DNA from: Eledone cirrhosa
Taxonomy: Eukaryota
Assembly (NCBI GenBank): GCA_964016885.1
Contig: OZ024740.1
Span: 30,318,001-30,382,000 of the forward strand
Direction of reading: 5' to 3'
DNA: 64,000 nt
Shown here: piece by piece, positions 1 to 16,190 of the stretch
How the letters are laid out: each line of letters begins with the position of its first letter
Position numbering within the stretch: position 1 is the first letter of the stretch
The notes under the pieces: generated by a model
Database searches by the model: none
What the model saw: the letters and a program-made list of their open reading frames with translations, nothing else
What the model was told of the DNA's origin: nothing
Made by a program: the position numbers and the translations under genes

Positions 1-3000
1 TTAGTTATACTTACTAGTCCTTTTACTGTTACTATAGTGACACTGTTAGTTATAGTTACTAGTCCTATTACTGTTACGATAGTGACACTGTTAGTTATAG
101 TTACTAGTCCTATTACTGTTACTATAGTGACACTGTTAGTTATATTTACTAGTCCTATTACTGTTACTATAGTGACACTGTTATTTATAGTTACTAGTCC
201 TATTGCTGTTACTATAGTGACACTGTTAGTTATAGTTACTAGTCTTATTACTGTTACTATAGTGACTATGTTAGTTATAGTTACTAGTCCTTTTATGTTA
301 CTATAGTGACAGTGTTAGTTATAGTTACTAGTCCTATTACTGTTACTATAGTGACACTGTTAGTTATAGTTACTAGTCCTATTACTGTTACTATAGTGAC
401 ACTGTTATTTATAGTTACTAGTCCTATTATGTTACTATAGTGACAGTGTTAGTTATAGTTACTAGTCCTATTACTGTTACTATAGTGACACTGTTAGTTA
501 TAGTTACTAGTCCTATTACTGTTACTATAGTGACACTGTTATTTATAGTTACTAGTCCTATTGCTGTTACTATAGTGACACTGTTAGTTATAGTTACTAG
601 TCCTATTACTGTTACTATAGTGACTATGTTAGTTATAGTTACTAGTCCTATTACTGTTACTTTAGTGACACTGTTACTTATAGTTACTAGTCCTATTGCT
701 GTTACTATAGTGACACTGTTAGTTATAGTTACTAGTCCTATTATTGTTACTATAGTGACACTGTTAGTTATAGTTACTAGTTCTATTACTGTTACTATAG
801 TGACACTGTTAGTTATAGTTACTAGTCCTATTGCTGTTACTATAGTGACAGTGTTAGTTATAGTTACTAGTCCTATTACTGTTACTATAGTGACACTGTT
901 AGTTATAGTTACTAGTCCTATTACTGTTACTATAGTGGCACTGTTAGTTATAGTTACTAGTCCTATTACTGTTACTATAGTGACACTGTTAGTTATAGTT
1001 ACTAGTCCTATTGCTGTTACTATAGTGACAGTGTTAGTTATAGTTACTAGTCCTATTACTGTTACTATAGTGACACTGTTAGTTATAGTTACTAGTCCTA
1101 TTACTGTTACTATAGTGACACTGTTAGTTATAGTTACTAGTCCTATTGCTGTTACTATAGTGACAGTGTTAGTTATAGTTACTAGTCCTATTACTGTTAC
1201 TATAGTGACACTGTTAGTTATAGTTACTAGTCCTATTACTGTTACTATAGTGACACTGTTAGTTATAGTTACTAGTCCTATTACTGTTACTATAGTGACA
1301 CTGTTAGTTATAGTTACTAGTCCTATTACTGACACTGTTAGTTATAGTTACTAGTCCTATTACTGACACTGTTAGTTATAGTTACTAGTCCTATTACTGT
1401 TACTATAGTGACACTGTTAGTTATATTTACTAGTCCTATTATAGTTACTATAGTGACACTGTTAGTTATAGTTACTAGTCGTATTACTGACACTGTTAGT
1501 TATAGTTACTAGTCCTATTACTGTTACTATAGTGACACTGTTAGTTATAGTTACTAGTCCTATTGCTGTTACTATAGTGACAGTGTTAGTTATAGTTACT
1601 AGTCATATTACTGTTACTATAGTGACACTGTTAGTTATAGTTACTAGTTCTATTACTGTTACTATAGTGACACTGTTAGTTATAGTTACTAGTCCTATTA
1701 CTGTTACTATAGTGGCACTGTTAGTTATAGTTACTAGTCCTATTACTGTTACTATAGTGACACTGTTAGTTATAGTTACTAGTCCTATTACTGTTACTTT
1801 AGTGACACTGTTAGTTATAGTTACTAGTCCTATTACTGTTACTATAGTGACAGTGTTAGTTATAGTTACTAGTCCTATTACTGTTACTATAGTGACACTG
1901 TTAGTTATAGTTACTAGTCCTATTACTGTTACTATAGTGACACTGTTAGTTATAGTTACTAGTCCTATTACTGTTACTATAGTGACAGTGTTAGTTATAG
2001 TTACTAGTCCTATTACTGACACTGTTAGTTATAGTTACTAGTTCTATTACTGTTACTATAGTGACACTGTTAGTTATAGTTACTAGTCCTATTACTGTTA
2101 CTTTAGTGACACTGTTAGTTATAGTTACTAGTCCTATTACTGTTACTATAGTGACAGTGTTAGTTATAGTTACTAGTCCTATTACTGTTACTATAGTGAC
2201 ACTGTTAGTTATAGTTACTAGTCCTATTACTGACACTGTTAGTTATAGTTACTAGTCCTATTACTGTTACTATAGTGACACTGTTAGTTATAGTTACTAG
2301 TCCTATTACTGTTACTATAGTGACACTGTTAGTTATAGTTACTACTCCTATTACTGTTACTATAGTGACAGTGTTAGTTATAGTTACTAGTCCTATTACT
2401 GTTACTATAGTGACACTGTTAGTTATAGTTACTAGTCCTATTACTGTTACTATAGTGACACTGTTAGTTATAGTTACTAGTCGTATTACTGTTACTATAG
2501 TGACACTGTTAGTTATAGTTACTAGTCCTGTGACACTGTTAGTTATAGTTACTAGTCCTATTGCTGTTACTATAGTGACAGTGTTATTTACTGTTACTAG
2601 TCTTATTACTGTTACTATAGTGACCCTGTTAGTTACAGTTACTAGTCCTATTACTGTTACTATAGTGACACTGTTAGTTACAGTTACTAGTCCTATTGCT
2701 GTTACTATAGTGACACTGTTATTTATAGTTACTAGTCCTATTACTGTTACTATAGTGACACTGTTAGTTATACTTACTAGTCCTTTTACTGTTACTATAG
2801 TGACACTGTTAGTTATAGTTACTAGTCCTATTACTGTTACGATAGTGACACTGTTAGTTATAGTTACTAGTCCTATTACTGTTACTATAGTGACACTGTT
2901 AGTTATAGTTACTAGTCCTATTGCTGACACTGTTAGTTATAGTTACTAGTCCTATTACTGTTACTATAGTGACACTGTTAGTTATAGTTACTAGTCCTAT

Positions 3001-6000
3001 TACTGTTACTATAGTGACACTGTTATTTATAGTTACTAGTCCTATTACTGTTACTATAGTGACACTGTTAGTTATACTTACTAGTCCTTTTACTGTTACT
3101 ATAGTGACACTGTTAGTTATAGTTACTAGTCCTATTACTGTTACGATAGTGACACTGTTAGTTATAGTTACTAGTCCTATTACTGTTACTATAGTGACAC
3201 TGTTAGTTATATTTACTAGTCCTATTACTGTTACTATAGTGACACTGTTATTTATAGTTACTAGTCCTATTGCTGTTACTATAGTGACACTGTTAGTTAT
3301 AGTTACTAGTCTTATTACTGTTACTATAGTGACTATGTTAGTTATAGTTACTAGTCCTTTTATGTTACTATAGTGACAGTGTTAGTTATAGTTACTAGTC
3401 CTATTACTGTTACTATAGTGACACTGTTAGTTATAGTTACTAGTCCTATTACTGTTACTATAGTGACACTGTTATTTATAGTTACTAGTCCTATTATGTT
3501 ACTATAGTGACAGTGTTAGTTATAGTTACTAGTCCTATTACTGTTACTATAGTGACACTGTTAGTTATAGTTACTAGTCCTATTACTGTTACTATAGTGA
3601 CACTGTTATTTATAGTTACTAGTCCTATTGCTGTTACTATAGTGACACTGTTAGTTATAGTTACTAGTCTTATTACTGTTACTATAGTGACTATGTTAGT
3701 TATAGTTACTAGTCCTATTACTGTTACTTTAGTGACACTGTTACTTATAGTTACTAGTCCTATTGCTGTTACTATAGTGACACTGTTAGTTATAGTTACT
3801 AGTCCTATTATTGTTACTATAGTGACACTGTTAGTTATAGTTACTAGTTCTATTACTGTTACTATAGTGACACTGTTAGTTATAGTTACTAGTCCTATTG
3901 CTGTTACTATAGTGACAGTGTTAGTTATAGTTACTAGTCCTATTACTGTTACTATAGTGACACTGTTAGTTATAGTTACTAGTCCTATTACTGTTACTAT
4001 AGTGGCACTGTTAGTTATAGTTACTAGTCCTATTACTGTTACTATAGTGACACTGTTAGTTATAGTTACTAGTCCTATTGCTGTTACTATAGTGACAGTG
4101 TTAGTTATAGTTACTAGTCCTATTACTGTTACTATAGTGACACTGTTAGTTATAGTTACTAGTCCTATTACTGTTACTATAGTGACACTGTTAGTTATAG
4201 TTACTAGTCCTATTGCTGTTACTATAGTGACAGTGTTAGTTATAGTTACTAGTCCTATTACTGTTACTATAGTGACACTGTTAGTTATAGTTACTAGTCC
4301 TATTACTGTTACTATAGTGACACTGTTAGTTATAGTTACTAGTCCTATTACTGTTACTATAGTGACACTGTTAGTTATAGTTACTAGTCCTATTACTGAC
4401 ACTGTTAGTTATAGTTACTAGTCCTATTACTGACACTGTTAGTTATAGTTACTAGTCCTATTACTGTTACTATAGTGACACTGTTAGTTATATTTACTAG
4501 TCCTATTATAGTTACTATAGTGACACTGTTAGTTATAGTTACTAGTCGTATTACTGACACTGTTAGTTATAGTTACTAGTCCTATTACTGTTACTATAGT
4601 GACACTGTTAGTTATAGTTACTAGTCCTATTGCTGTTACTATAGTGACAGTGTTAGTTATAGTTACTAGTCATATTACTGTTACTATAGTGACACTGTTA
4701 GTTATAGTTACTAGTCCTATTACTGTTACTATAGTGACAGTGTTAGTTATAGTTACTAGTCCTATTACTGTTACTTTAGTGACACTGTTAGTTATAGTTA
4801 CTAGTCCTATTGCTGTTACTATAGTGACACTGTTAGTTATAGTTACTAGTCCTATTACTGTTACTATAGTGACACTGTTAGTTATAGTTACTAGTCCTAT
4901 TACTGTTACTATAGTGACACTGTTAGTTATAGTTACTAGTCATATTACTGTTACTATAGTGACACTGTTAGTTATAGTTACTAGTCCTATTACTGACACT
5001 GTTAGTTATAGTTACTAGTCCTATTACTGTTACTATAGTGACACTGTTAGTTATAGTTACTAGTCCTATTACTGTTACTATAGTGACAGTGTTAGTTATA
5101 GTTACTAGTCCTATTACTGTTACTATAGTGACACTGTTAGTTATAGTTACTAGTCCTATTACTGTTACTATAGTGACACTGTTAGTTATAGTTACTAGTC
5201 CTATTACTGTTACTATAGTGACAGTGTTAGTTATAGTTACTAGTCCTATTACTGTTACTATAGTGACACTGTTAGTTATAGTTACTAGTCCTATTACTGT
5301 TACTATAGTGACAGTGTTAGTTATAGTTACTAGACCTATTACTGTTACTATAGTGACACTGTTAGTTATAGTTACTAGTAATATTACTGTTACTATAGTG
5401 ACAGTGTTAGTTATAGTTACTAGTCCTATTACTGTTACTATAGTGACACTGTTAGTTATAGTTACTACTCCTATTACTGTTACTATAGTGACAGTGTTAG
5501 TTATAGTTACTAGTCCTATTACTGTTACTATAGTGACACTGTTAGTTATAGTTACTAGTCCTATTACTGTTACTATAGTGACACTGTTAGTTACAGTTAT
5601 TAGTCCTATTACTGTTACTATAGTGACACTGTTACTTATAGTTACTAGTCCTATTACTGTTACTTTAGTGACACTGTTAGTTACAGTTACTAGTCCTATT
5701 ACTGTTACTATAGTGACACTGTTAGTTATAGTTACTAGTCCTATTGCTGTTACTATACTGACACTGTTAGTTATAGTTACTAGTCCTGTTACTGTTACTT
5801 TAGTGACACTGTTAGTTATAGTTACTAGTCCTATTACTGTTACTATAGTGACCCTGTTAGTTACAGTTACTAGTCCTATTACTGTTACTATAGTGACACT
5901 GTTAGTTATAGTTACTAGTCCTATTACTGACACTGTTAGTTATAGTTACTAGTCCTATTACTTTTACTATAGTGACACTGTTAGTTATAGTTACTAGTCC

Positions 6001-9000
6001 TATTACTGACACTGTTAGTTATATTTACTAGTCCTATTACTGTTACTATAGTGACACTGTTAGTTATAGTTACTAGTCCTATTACTGTTACTTTAGTGAC
6101 ACTGTTAGTTATAGTTACTAGTCCTATTACTGTTACTATAGTGACACTGTTAGTTATAGTTACTAGTCCTATTACTGACACTGTTAGTTATAGTTACTAG
6201 TCCTATTACTGTTACTATAGTGACACTGTTAGTTATATTTACTAGTCCTATTACTGTTACTATAGTGACACTGTTAGTTATAGTTACTAGTCCTATTACT
6301 GACACTGTTAGTTATAGTTACTAGTCCTATTACTGTTACTATAGTGACACTGTTAGTTATAGTTACTAGTCCTATTACTGTTACTATAGTGACAGTGTTA
6401 GTTATAGTTACTAGTCCTATTACTGTTACTATAGTGACAGTGTTAGTTATAGTTACTAGTCCTATTACTGTTACTTTAGTGACACTGTTAGTTATAGTTA
6501 CTAGTCCTATTACTGTTACTTTAGTGACACTGTTAGTTATAATTACTAGTCCTATTGCTGTTACTATAGTGACACTGTTAATTATAGTTACTAGTCCTAT
6601 TACTGTTACTATAGTGACACTGTTAATTATAGTTACTAGTCCTATTACTGTTACTATAGTGACAGTGTTAGTTATAGTTACTAGTCCTATTACTGTTACT
6701 TTAGTGACACTGTTAGTTATAGTTACTAGTCCTATTGCTTTTACTATAGTGACACTGTTAGTTATAGTTACTAGTCCTATTACTGTTACTATAGTGACAC
6801 TGTTAGTTATAGTTACTAGTCCTATTGCTGTTACTATAGTGACACTGTTAGTTATAGTTACTAGTCCTATTACTGCTACTATAGTGACACTGTTAATTAT
6901 AGTTACTAGTCCTATTGCTGTTACTATAGTGACAGTGTTAGTTATAGTTACTAGTCCTATTACTGTTACTATAGTGACACTGTTAGTTATAGTTACTAGT
7001 CCTATTACTGTTACTATAGTGACACTGTTAGTTATAGTTACTAGTCCTATTACTGTTACTTTAGTGACACTGTTAGTTATAGTTACTAGTCCTATTACTG
7101 TTACTATAGTGACAGTGTTAGTTATAGTTACTAGTCCTATTACTGTTACTATAGTGACACTGTTAGTTATAGTTACTAGTCCTATTACTGTTACTATAGT
7201 GACACTGTTAGTTATAGTTACTAGTCCTATTACTGTTACTATAGTGACACTGTTAGTTATAGTTACTACTCCTATTACTGTTACTATAGTGACAGTGTTA
7301 GTTATAGTTACTAGTCCTATTACTGTTACTATAGTGACACTGTTAGTTATAGTTACTAGTCCTATTACTGTTACTATAATGACACTGTTAGTTATAGTTA
7401 CTAGTCCTATTACTGTTACTATAGTGACACTGTTAGTTATAGTTACTAGTCCTGTGACACTGTTAGTTATAGTTACTAGTCCTATTGCTGTTACTATAGT
7501 GACAGTGTTATTTACTGTTACTAGTCTTATTACTGTTACTATAGTGTCCCTGTTAGTTACAGTTACTAGTCCTATTACTGTTACTATAGTGACACTGTTA
7601 GTTACAGTTACTAGTCCTATTGCTGTTACTATAGTGACACTGTTATTTATAGTTACTAGTCCTATTACTGTTACTATAGTGACACTGTTAGTTATACTTA
7701 CTAGTCCTTTTACTGTTACTATAGTGACACTGTTAGTTATAGTTACTAGTCCTATTACTGTTACGATAGTGACACTGTTAGTTATAGTTACTAGTCCTAT
7801 TACTGTTACTATAGTGACACTGTTAGTTATAGTTACTAGTCCTATTACTGACACTGTTAGTTATAGTTACTAGTCCTATTACTGTTACTATAGTGACACT
7901 GTTAGTTATAGTTACTAGTCCTATTACTGTTACTATAGTGACACTGTTATTTATAGTTACTAGTCCTATTACTGTTACTATAGTGACACTGTTAGTTATA
8001 CTTACTAGTCCTTTTACTGTTACTATAGTGACACTGTTAGTTATAGTTACTAGTCCTATTACTGTTACGATAGTGACACTGTTAGTTATAGTTACTAGTC
8101 CTATTACTGTTACTATAGTGACACTGTTAGTTATAGTTACTAGTCCTATTACTGTTACTATAGTGACACTGTTATTTATAGTTACTAGTCCTATTGCTGT
8201 TACTATAGTGACACTGTTAGTTATAGTTACTAGTCTTATTACTGTTACTATAGTGACTATGTTAGTTATAGTTACTAGTCCTATTATGTTACTATAGTGA
8301 CAGTGTTAGTTATAGTTACTAGTCCTATTACTGTTACTATAGTGACACTGTTAGTTATAGTTACTAGTCCTATTACTGTTACTATAGTGACACTGTTATT
8401 TATAGTTACTAGTCCTATTATGTTACTATAGTGACAGTGTTAGTTATAGTTACTAGTCCTATTACTGTTACTATAGTGACACTGTTAGTTATAGTTACTA
8501 GTCCTATTACTGTTACTATAGTGACACTGTTATTTATAGTTACTAGTCCTATTACTGTTACTATAGTGACACTGTTAGTTATAGTTACTAGTCCTATTAC
8601 TGTTACTATAGTGACACTGTTATTTATAGTTACTAGTCCTATTGCTGTTACTATAGTGACACTGTTAGTTATAGTTACTAGTCTTATTACTGTTACTATA
8701 GTGACTATGTTAGTTATAGTTACTAGTCCTATTACTGTTACTTTAGTGACACTGTTACTTATAGTTACTAGTCCTATTGCTGTTACTATAGTGACACTGT
8801 TAGTTATAGTTACTAGTCCTATTATTGTTACTATAGTGACACTGTTAGTTATAGTTACTAGTTCTATTACTGTTACTATAGTGACACTGTTAGTTATAGT
8901 TACTAGTCCTATTGCTGTTACTATAGTGACAGTGTTAGTTATAGTTACTAGTCCTATTACTGTTACTATAGTGACACTGTTAGTTATAGTTACTAGTCCT

Positions 9001-10466
9001 ATTACTGTTTCTATAGTGACACTGTTAGTTATAGTTACTAGTCCTATTACTGTTACTATAGTGACACTGTTAGTTATAGTTACTAGTCCTATTGCTGTTA
9101 CTATAGTGACACTGTTAGTTATAGTTACTAGTCCTATTACTGTTACTATTGTGACACTGTTAGTTATAGTTACTAGTCCTATTACTATTACTATAGTGAC
9201 ACTGTTAGTTATAGTTACTAGTCCTATTACTGTTACTATAGTGGCACTGTTAGTTATAGTTACTAGTCCTATTACTGTTACTATAGTGACACTGTTAGTT
9301 ATAGTTACTAGTCCTATTACTGTTACTATAGTGACACTGTTAGTTATAGTTACTAGTCCTATTACTGTTACTATAGTGACACTGTTAGTTATAGTTACTA
9401 GTCCTATTGCTGTTACTATAGTGACACTGTTAGTTATAGTTACTAGTCCTATTACTGTTACTATAGTGACACTGTTAGTTATAGTTACTAGTCCTATTGC
9501 TGTTACTATAGTGACACTGTTATATATAGTTACTAGTCCTATTACTGTTACTATAGTGACACTGTTAGTTATAGTTACTAGTCCTATTGCTATTACTATA
9601 GTGACACTGTTAGTTATAGTTACTATTCCTATTGCTGTTACTATAGTGACACTGTTATATATAGTTACTAGTCCTATTGCTGTTACTATAGTGACACTGT
9701 TAGTTATAGTTACTAGTCCTATTACTGTTACTATAGTGACACTGTTAGTTATAGTTACTATTCCTATTACTGTTACTATAGTGACACTGTTAGTTATAGT
9801 TACTAGTCCTATTACTGTTACTATAGTGACACTGTTAGTTATAGTTACTAGTCCTATTGCTGTTACTATAGTGACACTGTTAGTTATAGTTACTATTCCT
9901 ATTGCTGTTACTATAGTGACACTGTTATATATAGTTACTAGTCCTATTGCTGTTACTATAGTGACACTGTTAGTTATAGTTACTAGTCCTATTACTGTTA
10001 CTATAGTGACACTGTTAGTTATAGTTACTATTCCTATTACTGTTACTATAGTGACACTGTTAGTTATAGTTACTAGTCCTATTACTGTTACTATAGTGAC
10101 ACTGTTAGTTATAGTTACTAGTCCTATTACTGTTACTATAGTGACACTGTTAGTTATAGTTACTAGTCCTATTACTGTTACTATAGTGACACTGTTAGTT
10201 ATAGTGACTAGTCCTATTACTGTTACTATAGTGACACTGTTAGTTATAGTTACTATTCCTATTACTGTTACTATAGTGACACTGTTAGTTATAGTTACTA
10301 GTCCTATTACTGTTACTATAGTGACACTGTTAGTTATAGTTACTAGTCCTATTACTGTTACTATAGTGACACTGTTAGTTATAGTGACTAGTCCTATTAC
10401 TGTTACTATAGTAACACTGTTAGTTATAGTTACTACTCCTATTGCTGTTACTATAGTGACAGTGTT
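1..10466. repeat. 45-bp tandem satellite array (truncated at window start), >200 units, with shortened deletion variants
   Basis: Consensus gtgacactgttagttatagttactagtcctattactgttactata repeated head-to-tail; it ends at about 10466. Confidence 0.98.
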
Positions 10467-10619
10467 GTCTGTAGTCGTAGTAGTAACATCTCTGTCGGTC
10501 ATCTTTTCTCATCTTTTCTTATATTTTTATGTTTTTATATTTTTATATATTTTTCATTAATTATTATATATTAATATATTTTCATTGTTCTTTTGTTATT
10601 GTGTATTTTTACTAGATTT

Positions 10620-10705
10620 TATTGTAAGCCTCCCCCCACCCACCCACTGTTCCTGTCCTTGTATTGTCCCCTATATGTCGCCCCTTGTGGTCAATAAATG
10701 AAACA
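10620..10705 (+). mobile_element. 3' terminal fragment of a Tx1/L1-type LINE
   Basis: cactgttcctgtccttgtattgtcccctatatgtcg...aataaatgaaa matches the 3' end of the Tx1-like copy at 11960-12020. Confidence 0.6.
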
Positions 10706-10960
10706 ACTATTATTGTCGTTGTTGTTGTTATAATTATTATTGTTGTTGTTATCATTGTTGTTGTTGTTGTTATCAATATTATTACTATTATCATTATTGT
10801 TGTTGTTGTTACTGTTATCAACAATACTACTATTATAATTAGTTGTTTTTATCAATATTATTACTATTATCATTATTGTTGTTGTTGTTACTGTTGTTAT
10901 CAACAATATTACTATTATAATTAGTTGTTGTTATCAATATTATTACTATTATCATTATTT
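10706..10960. repeat. (GTT/ATT)n compound microsatellite, resuming at 12020-12130 after the LINE insertion
   Basis: Direct reading; the same units (tatcaatattattactattatcattatt) flank the LINE on both sides. Confidence 0.85.
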
Positions 10961-10962
10961 TT

Positions 10963-12020
10963 TCAGACGGGCCTTTCCGCAGCTCATTTCTTTGACTGAG
11001 CTGCAATCCTGGGTCAAGAAGAGACCGAGACTGGGTGACTGGCACCTGGAATGTTGCCAGGCACTCACTGCCCTCTACCAAGCGGGCAATGCGACCAGTG
11101 GAACTTCCACTCTCGAGTTCTATAGAGGATTAGTGGTGGGCAAGTGCGATGACGCACTCGGAGAAGCTTTGGGCCTCGACGACGTCGAACTGACCAGTCT
11201 GTACTGGAGGACTTTTGAGCCGGGGACGATGGACAATTTCCAGAAATCCCTCACTTGGCAGTGCTACCGGGGGGCACTGCCGGTTCGGGATAAACTCTAC
11301 AGGCACGGAAGTACTGTCAGACGGACCTGCCCAAGATGCGCACAGAATGACGAAACCTTTCTGCACGCACTTGTCCAATGTCCGTGCATTACTGACTTGT
11401 GGAGTTATGTCGAACAGCTACTGTCGCGTGTGGAACGAATCCAGTTATCGGCCGAGTCCATAGTAAAGATCGATCCACCGCCTCCTTAGGTCAGGAAGAG
11501 CAGGAAATTTTCCTCTGTCTGGTGGCAGTTGCGAAAGAGATTATATGGTGGACCAGGTTGAAAGGACTAAAGACAGACACTTTTCTCTTCGGCCAATCCC
11601 TCATCAACTTCTTCAAGTTTCACCTGGAAAGGAGGGTGAGGGTGGAGAGAGAAGTGCTGCCCCCCAGTACATTTGCTAAAAGGTGGGTGAATGTGGCGAG
11701 AATGGCTCGTGTGAATGGGCCTACTCTGACCATGCGCCTATAGGCTAGCTAACTTGAGGAGAGGGGTGCTCTCCTGGGTGCCCTAGAAGCGCAGGGTGGT
11801 TCAGGATTGGTGGGGTACCTGAAGCACTCCAGGGTCGTACACCCCCTATCGGGGAATTTATTTTGTTATATTTATGCATAGTTTATTTTATATATTTATA
11901 TTTTCATTTTTAAATTAGTCTTGCCATTGTGCACTTTTACTCCACCTTATTGTAAACCCCCACTGTCCCTGTCTTTGTATTGTCCCCTACATGTCAGCCC
12001 TGGTGGCTAATAAATGAAAT
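10963..12020 (+). mobile_element. 5'-truncated Tx1/L1-clade non-LTR retrotransposon (ORF2 C-terminal zf-RVT region plus 3' UTR)
   Basis: ORF 10992-11489 has SLTWQCYRGALPVRDKL...TCPRC...ETFLHALVQCP (zf-RVT pattern); continues after a frame break in 11399-11743; ends in aataaatgaaa followed by an ATT-rich tract. Confidence 0.85.
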
Positions 12021-12382
12021 CATTACTATTATCATTATTAGTTGTTGTTGTTACTGTTGTTATCAACAATATTACTATTATAATTAGTTGTTATCAATAT
12101 TATTACTATTATCATTATTTGTTGTTGTTACTCTTACGATTGTTATTGATTTTGCAATGACATTCCGCAAACTTCGATCATTGTGTATCGATATATTTTT
12201 TTAATTTCATTATCTTTTAAATAGTTTTGTTTTTATACATGGTGATTTGTTTTGTCATAGTTCTTTGTATGTGATACAATAGATCGATTATTGATTATTA
12301 ACTACTGGTGTATATATATGAGTGTATGTGTGGCCTTGAGTGTGTCTATACATTTATGGGTGTGCCTGGGCACGTTTGTTAA

Positions 12383-13965
<1,583 letters not shown>

Positions 13966-13966
13966 G

Positions 13967-14566
13967 TCAGGTCACCAGTTGGTGCTACTGGTAACATGTA
14001 TCCCAGTACAACCTGTCTCATGGTCGGGTCGTTGGCGACTAAACTGGCAACCCCACCAAGGTTTCTTGGTGAGGAGGGTGACTTTGGACATCCTGCAGGA
14101 CTAAAAACAAAACCTGTCAAAGGAGCTCTTAAGAGTCAATAGCCATCCAAAATCACCGGGAGAGATGACCCCTTAGCCTTTGTCAAGGCAGAATTCTAGG
14201 AGAAGGAAAACTCTGATATAACACCTGCAACCCTGATGGTATCCAATGATGTTGACTTGTTCTTCTTTTTGGTAAATATCATCTTGGTTAAGAGAGTGGG
14301 ACTGGCTTTGTGCAGTGCCTTTGCTCACTATAAAAGCTTCACGGCACAGGCATTGCTTTATATCTGGAGGTCTCTCTGCACTTGTCGTCACATGGTACCA
14401 TAGGCCCAGCACTATGTGTCAATAATTGTCACAAGTGTAGTGTTTGTACCAGAGTTTTCAAGTCGCTGGCTGGACTAAAACGTCACACTTGTTCAGCGCA
14501 TCGGTAGGGGTTCTCCTACATGGATATAAAGTAGTGGCCGTACTCGAAAACGAGTTGGCAGCCACC
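13967..14566 (+). mobile_element. ~600-bp interspersed non-coding element in (TA)n, possibly derived from an RTE 5' UTR
   Basis: 14161-14566 is colinear and near-identical to 43011-43416. It contains agaaggaaaactctga, a motif I associate with RTE 5' UTRs (inference). Confidence 0.6.
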
Positions 14567-14702
14567 ATATATATATATATATATTACCAATCTAAATACT
14601 ATATTACAGTTGTTATATTTCTCCTCCATTTTTCTTCTATATTTTCATTTAACTAAAATATTTTCTTTTTTTTCGCCGAAAAAAACATTAAAATTACTGG
14701 CC

Positions 14703-15310
14703 ATTGTTATTGTTTGTTGTTGTTATTGTTTGTTGTTGTTGTTGTTATTGTTGTTGTTATTGTTGCTGTTATTGTTGCTGTTGTTGTTATTGTTATTGTT
14801 GCTGTTATTGTTGTTGTTGTTGTTGTTGCTGTTGTTGTTGTTATTGTTGCTGTTATTGTTGTTGCTGTTATTGTTGTTGTTATTGTTGCTGTTATTGTTG
14901 CTGTTGTTATTGCTGTTGTTCTTGCTGTTGTTGGTGTTGTTGGTGTTGTTGTTGTTGTTGTGTTGTTGCTGTTATTGTTGTTGTTGTTGCTGTTATTGTT
15001 GTTGTTGTTGCTGTTTTTGTTGCTGTTGTTATTGTTGCTGTTGTTGTTATTGTTGCTGTTGTTATTGTTGTTGTTGTTGGTGTTGTTTTTGTTGGTGTTG
15101 TTGTTGTTATTGTTGTTATTGTTGGTGTTGTTATTGTTGTTGTTGCTGCTGCAGCTATTGTTGTTCTTGTTATTGTTGCTGTTATTGGTGTTGTTGTTGG
15201 TGTTGTTGTTGTTGTTGCTGCTGCTATTGTTGTTGTTGCTGTTGCTGCCATTGTTGTTGTTGTTGTAATTGTTGGTGTTGTTATTTTTGGTGGTGTTGTT
15301 GTTGTTGTTA
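14703..15310. repeat. Degenerate (GTT)n trinucleotide array
   Basis: Direct reading of gtt/gct/att/ggt triplets. Confidence 0.95.
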
Positions 15311-15468
15311 TGCGAGTTTTTATTGATTCACTAAATATACATCTGTGTTGGTGGGGGGGGGGTCATATTTAATATTTTTAGGGAGAGTGCAAGAGATTGA
15401 AAAAGAGAGAGGGGTGAGAAAGATAGAGAGAGATAAGAGAGGGAGGTGAGAAAGATAGAGCGAGATAA

Positions 15469-15516
<48 letters not shown>

Positions 15517-16013
15517 GAAATAAAGCTCAGTGTTTGTGTCTTGCATTAGTTTTGTTATGGAGTTTAACTTGCTGTTTCCGATGTTATTTTAGTGTTAGTT
15601 GTGTGGTGTATGTGTAATGTGAGTTATGTTATTTTGTTGTGTGGTAACTATGTTTCCTATATACTGTGTGGTGGTTATTGTGTATCTTAGTGTCGGTTGT
15701 GTGACGTGTGGCTGTCTAGAGAGTTGCTTGTTTGAGTTATTAATCTTACAGATCCACGTGTCTCTGTGTAAGAGTGTGGCTGCTCTTATTTTATTGGCTG
15801 TAAATCCTATAAAGTATATAATGTGTGAGTTGTGTTATGTTATTAGGTGACTGTGTTGTGGTAGAGATGATACTGCTTCAGTTGTGCTATTGAATCGATA
15901 AAAGCTTGCACCGGATAAGGTCTGTTCATAGTACAGCTACACACAGTCTTTAACATCCTCAGTCCTAGTATGACTCCTATGTTATTTTGTTATTATTATT
16001 TCCTCTGTCTAAG

Positions 16014-16190
16014 GGCGGTGTATTAGCAGTATCGGTGGAGAGTCGGATGCCATGCTTTCCTGCATAGTTACGCCCCTTTACGGTCTGAGTTCAAATCCCG
16101 CCGAGGTTAACTTTGCCTTTCATCCTTACGGGGTCGATAAAATAAAGTAATGTACTGGGTAATTGCTGGCCTTGTGTCAAAAGTAGAAAC
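16014..16190 (+). mobile_element. OK-like tRNA-derived SINE nested in a Tx1 fragment
   Basis: ggcggtg..gcagtatcgg head, B-box-like gagttcaaatccc, body tttgcctttcatccttacggggtcgataaaataaagta; flanked by a tttcctctgtct duplication. Confidence 0.8.

Noticed and set aside
1-10466. CRISPR-like array, or T7/SP6 promoter-like words (ctatagtga, gtgacact) suggesting vector sequence
   Set aside because: There are no unique spacers and no cas genes; the promoter matches are partial and part of a naturally diverging satellite.
37-10560. Long hydrophobic ORFs on both strands (up to 709 aa)
   Set aside because: They follow from a 45-bp (15-codon) unit lacking stops in one frame per strand; frames break at indel variants and there are no gene signals.
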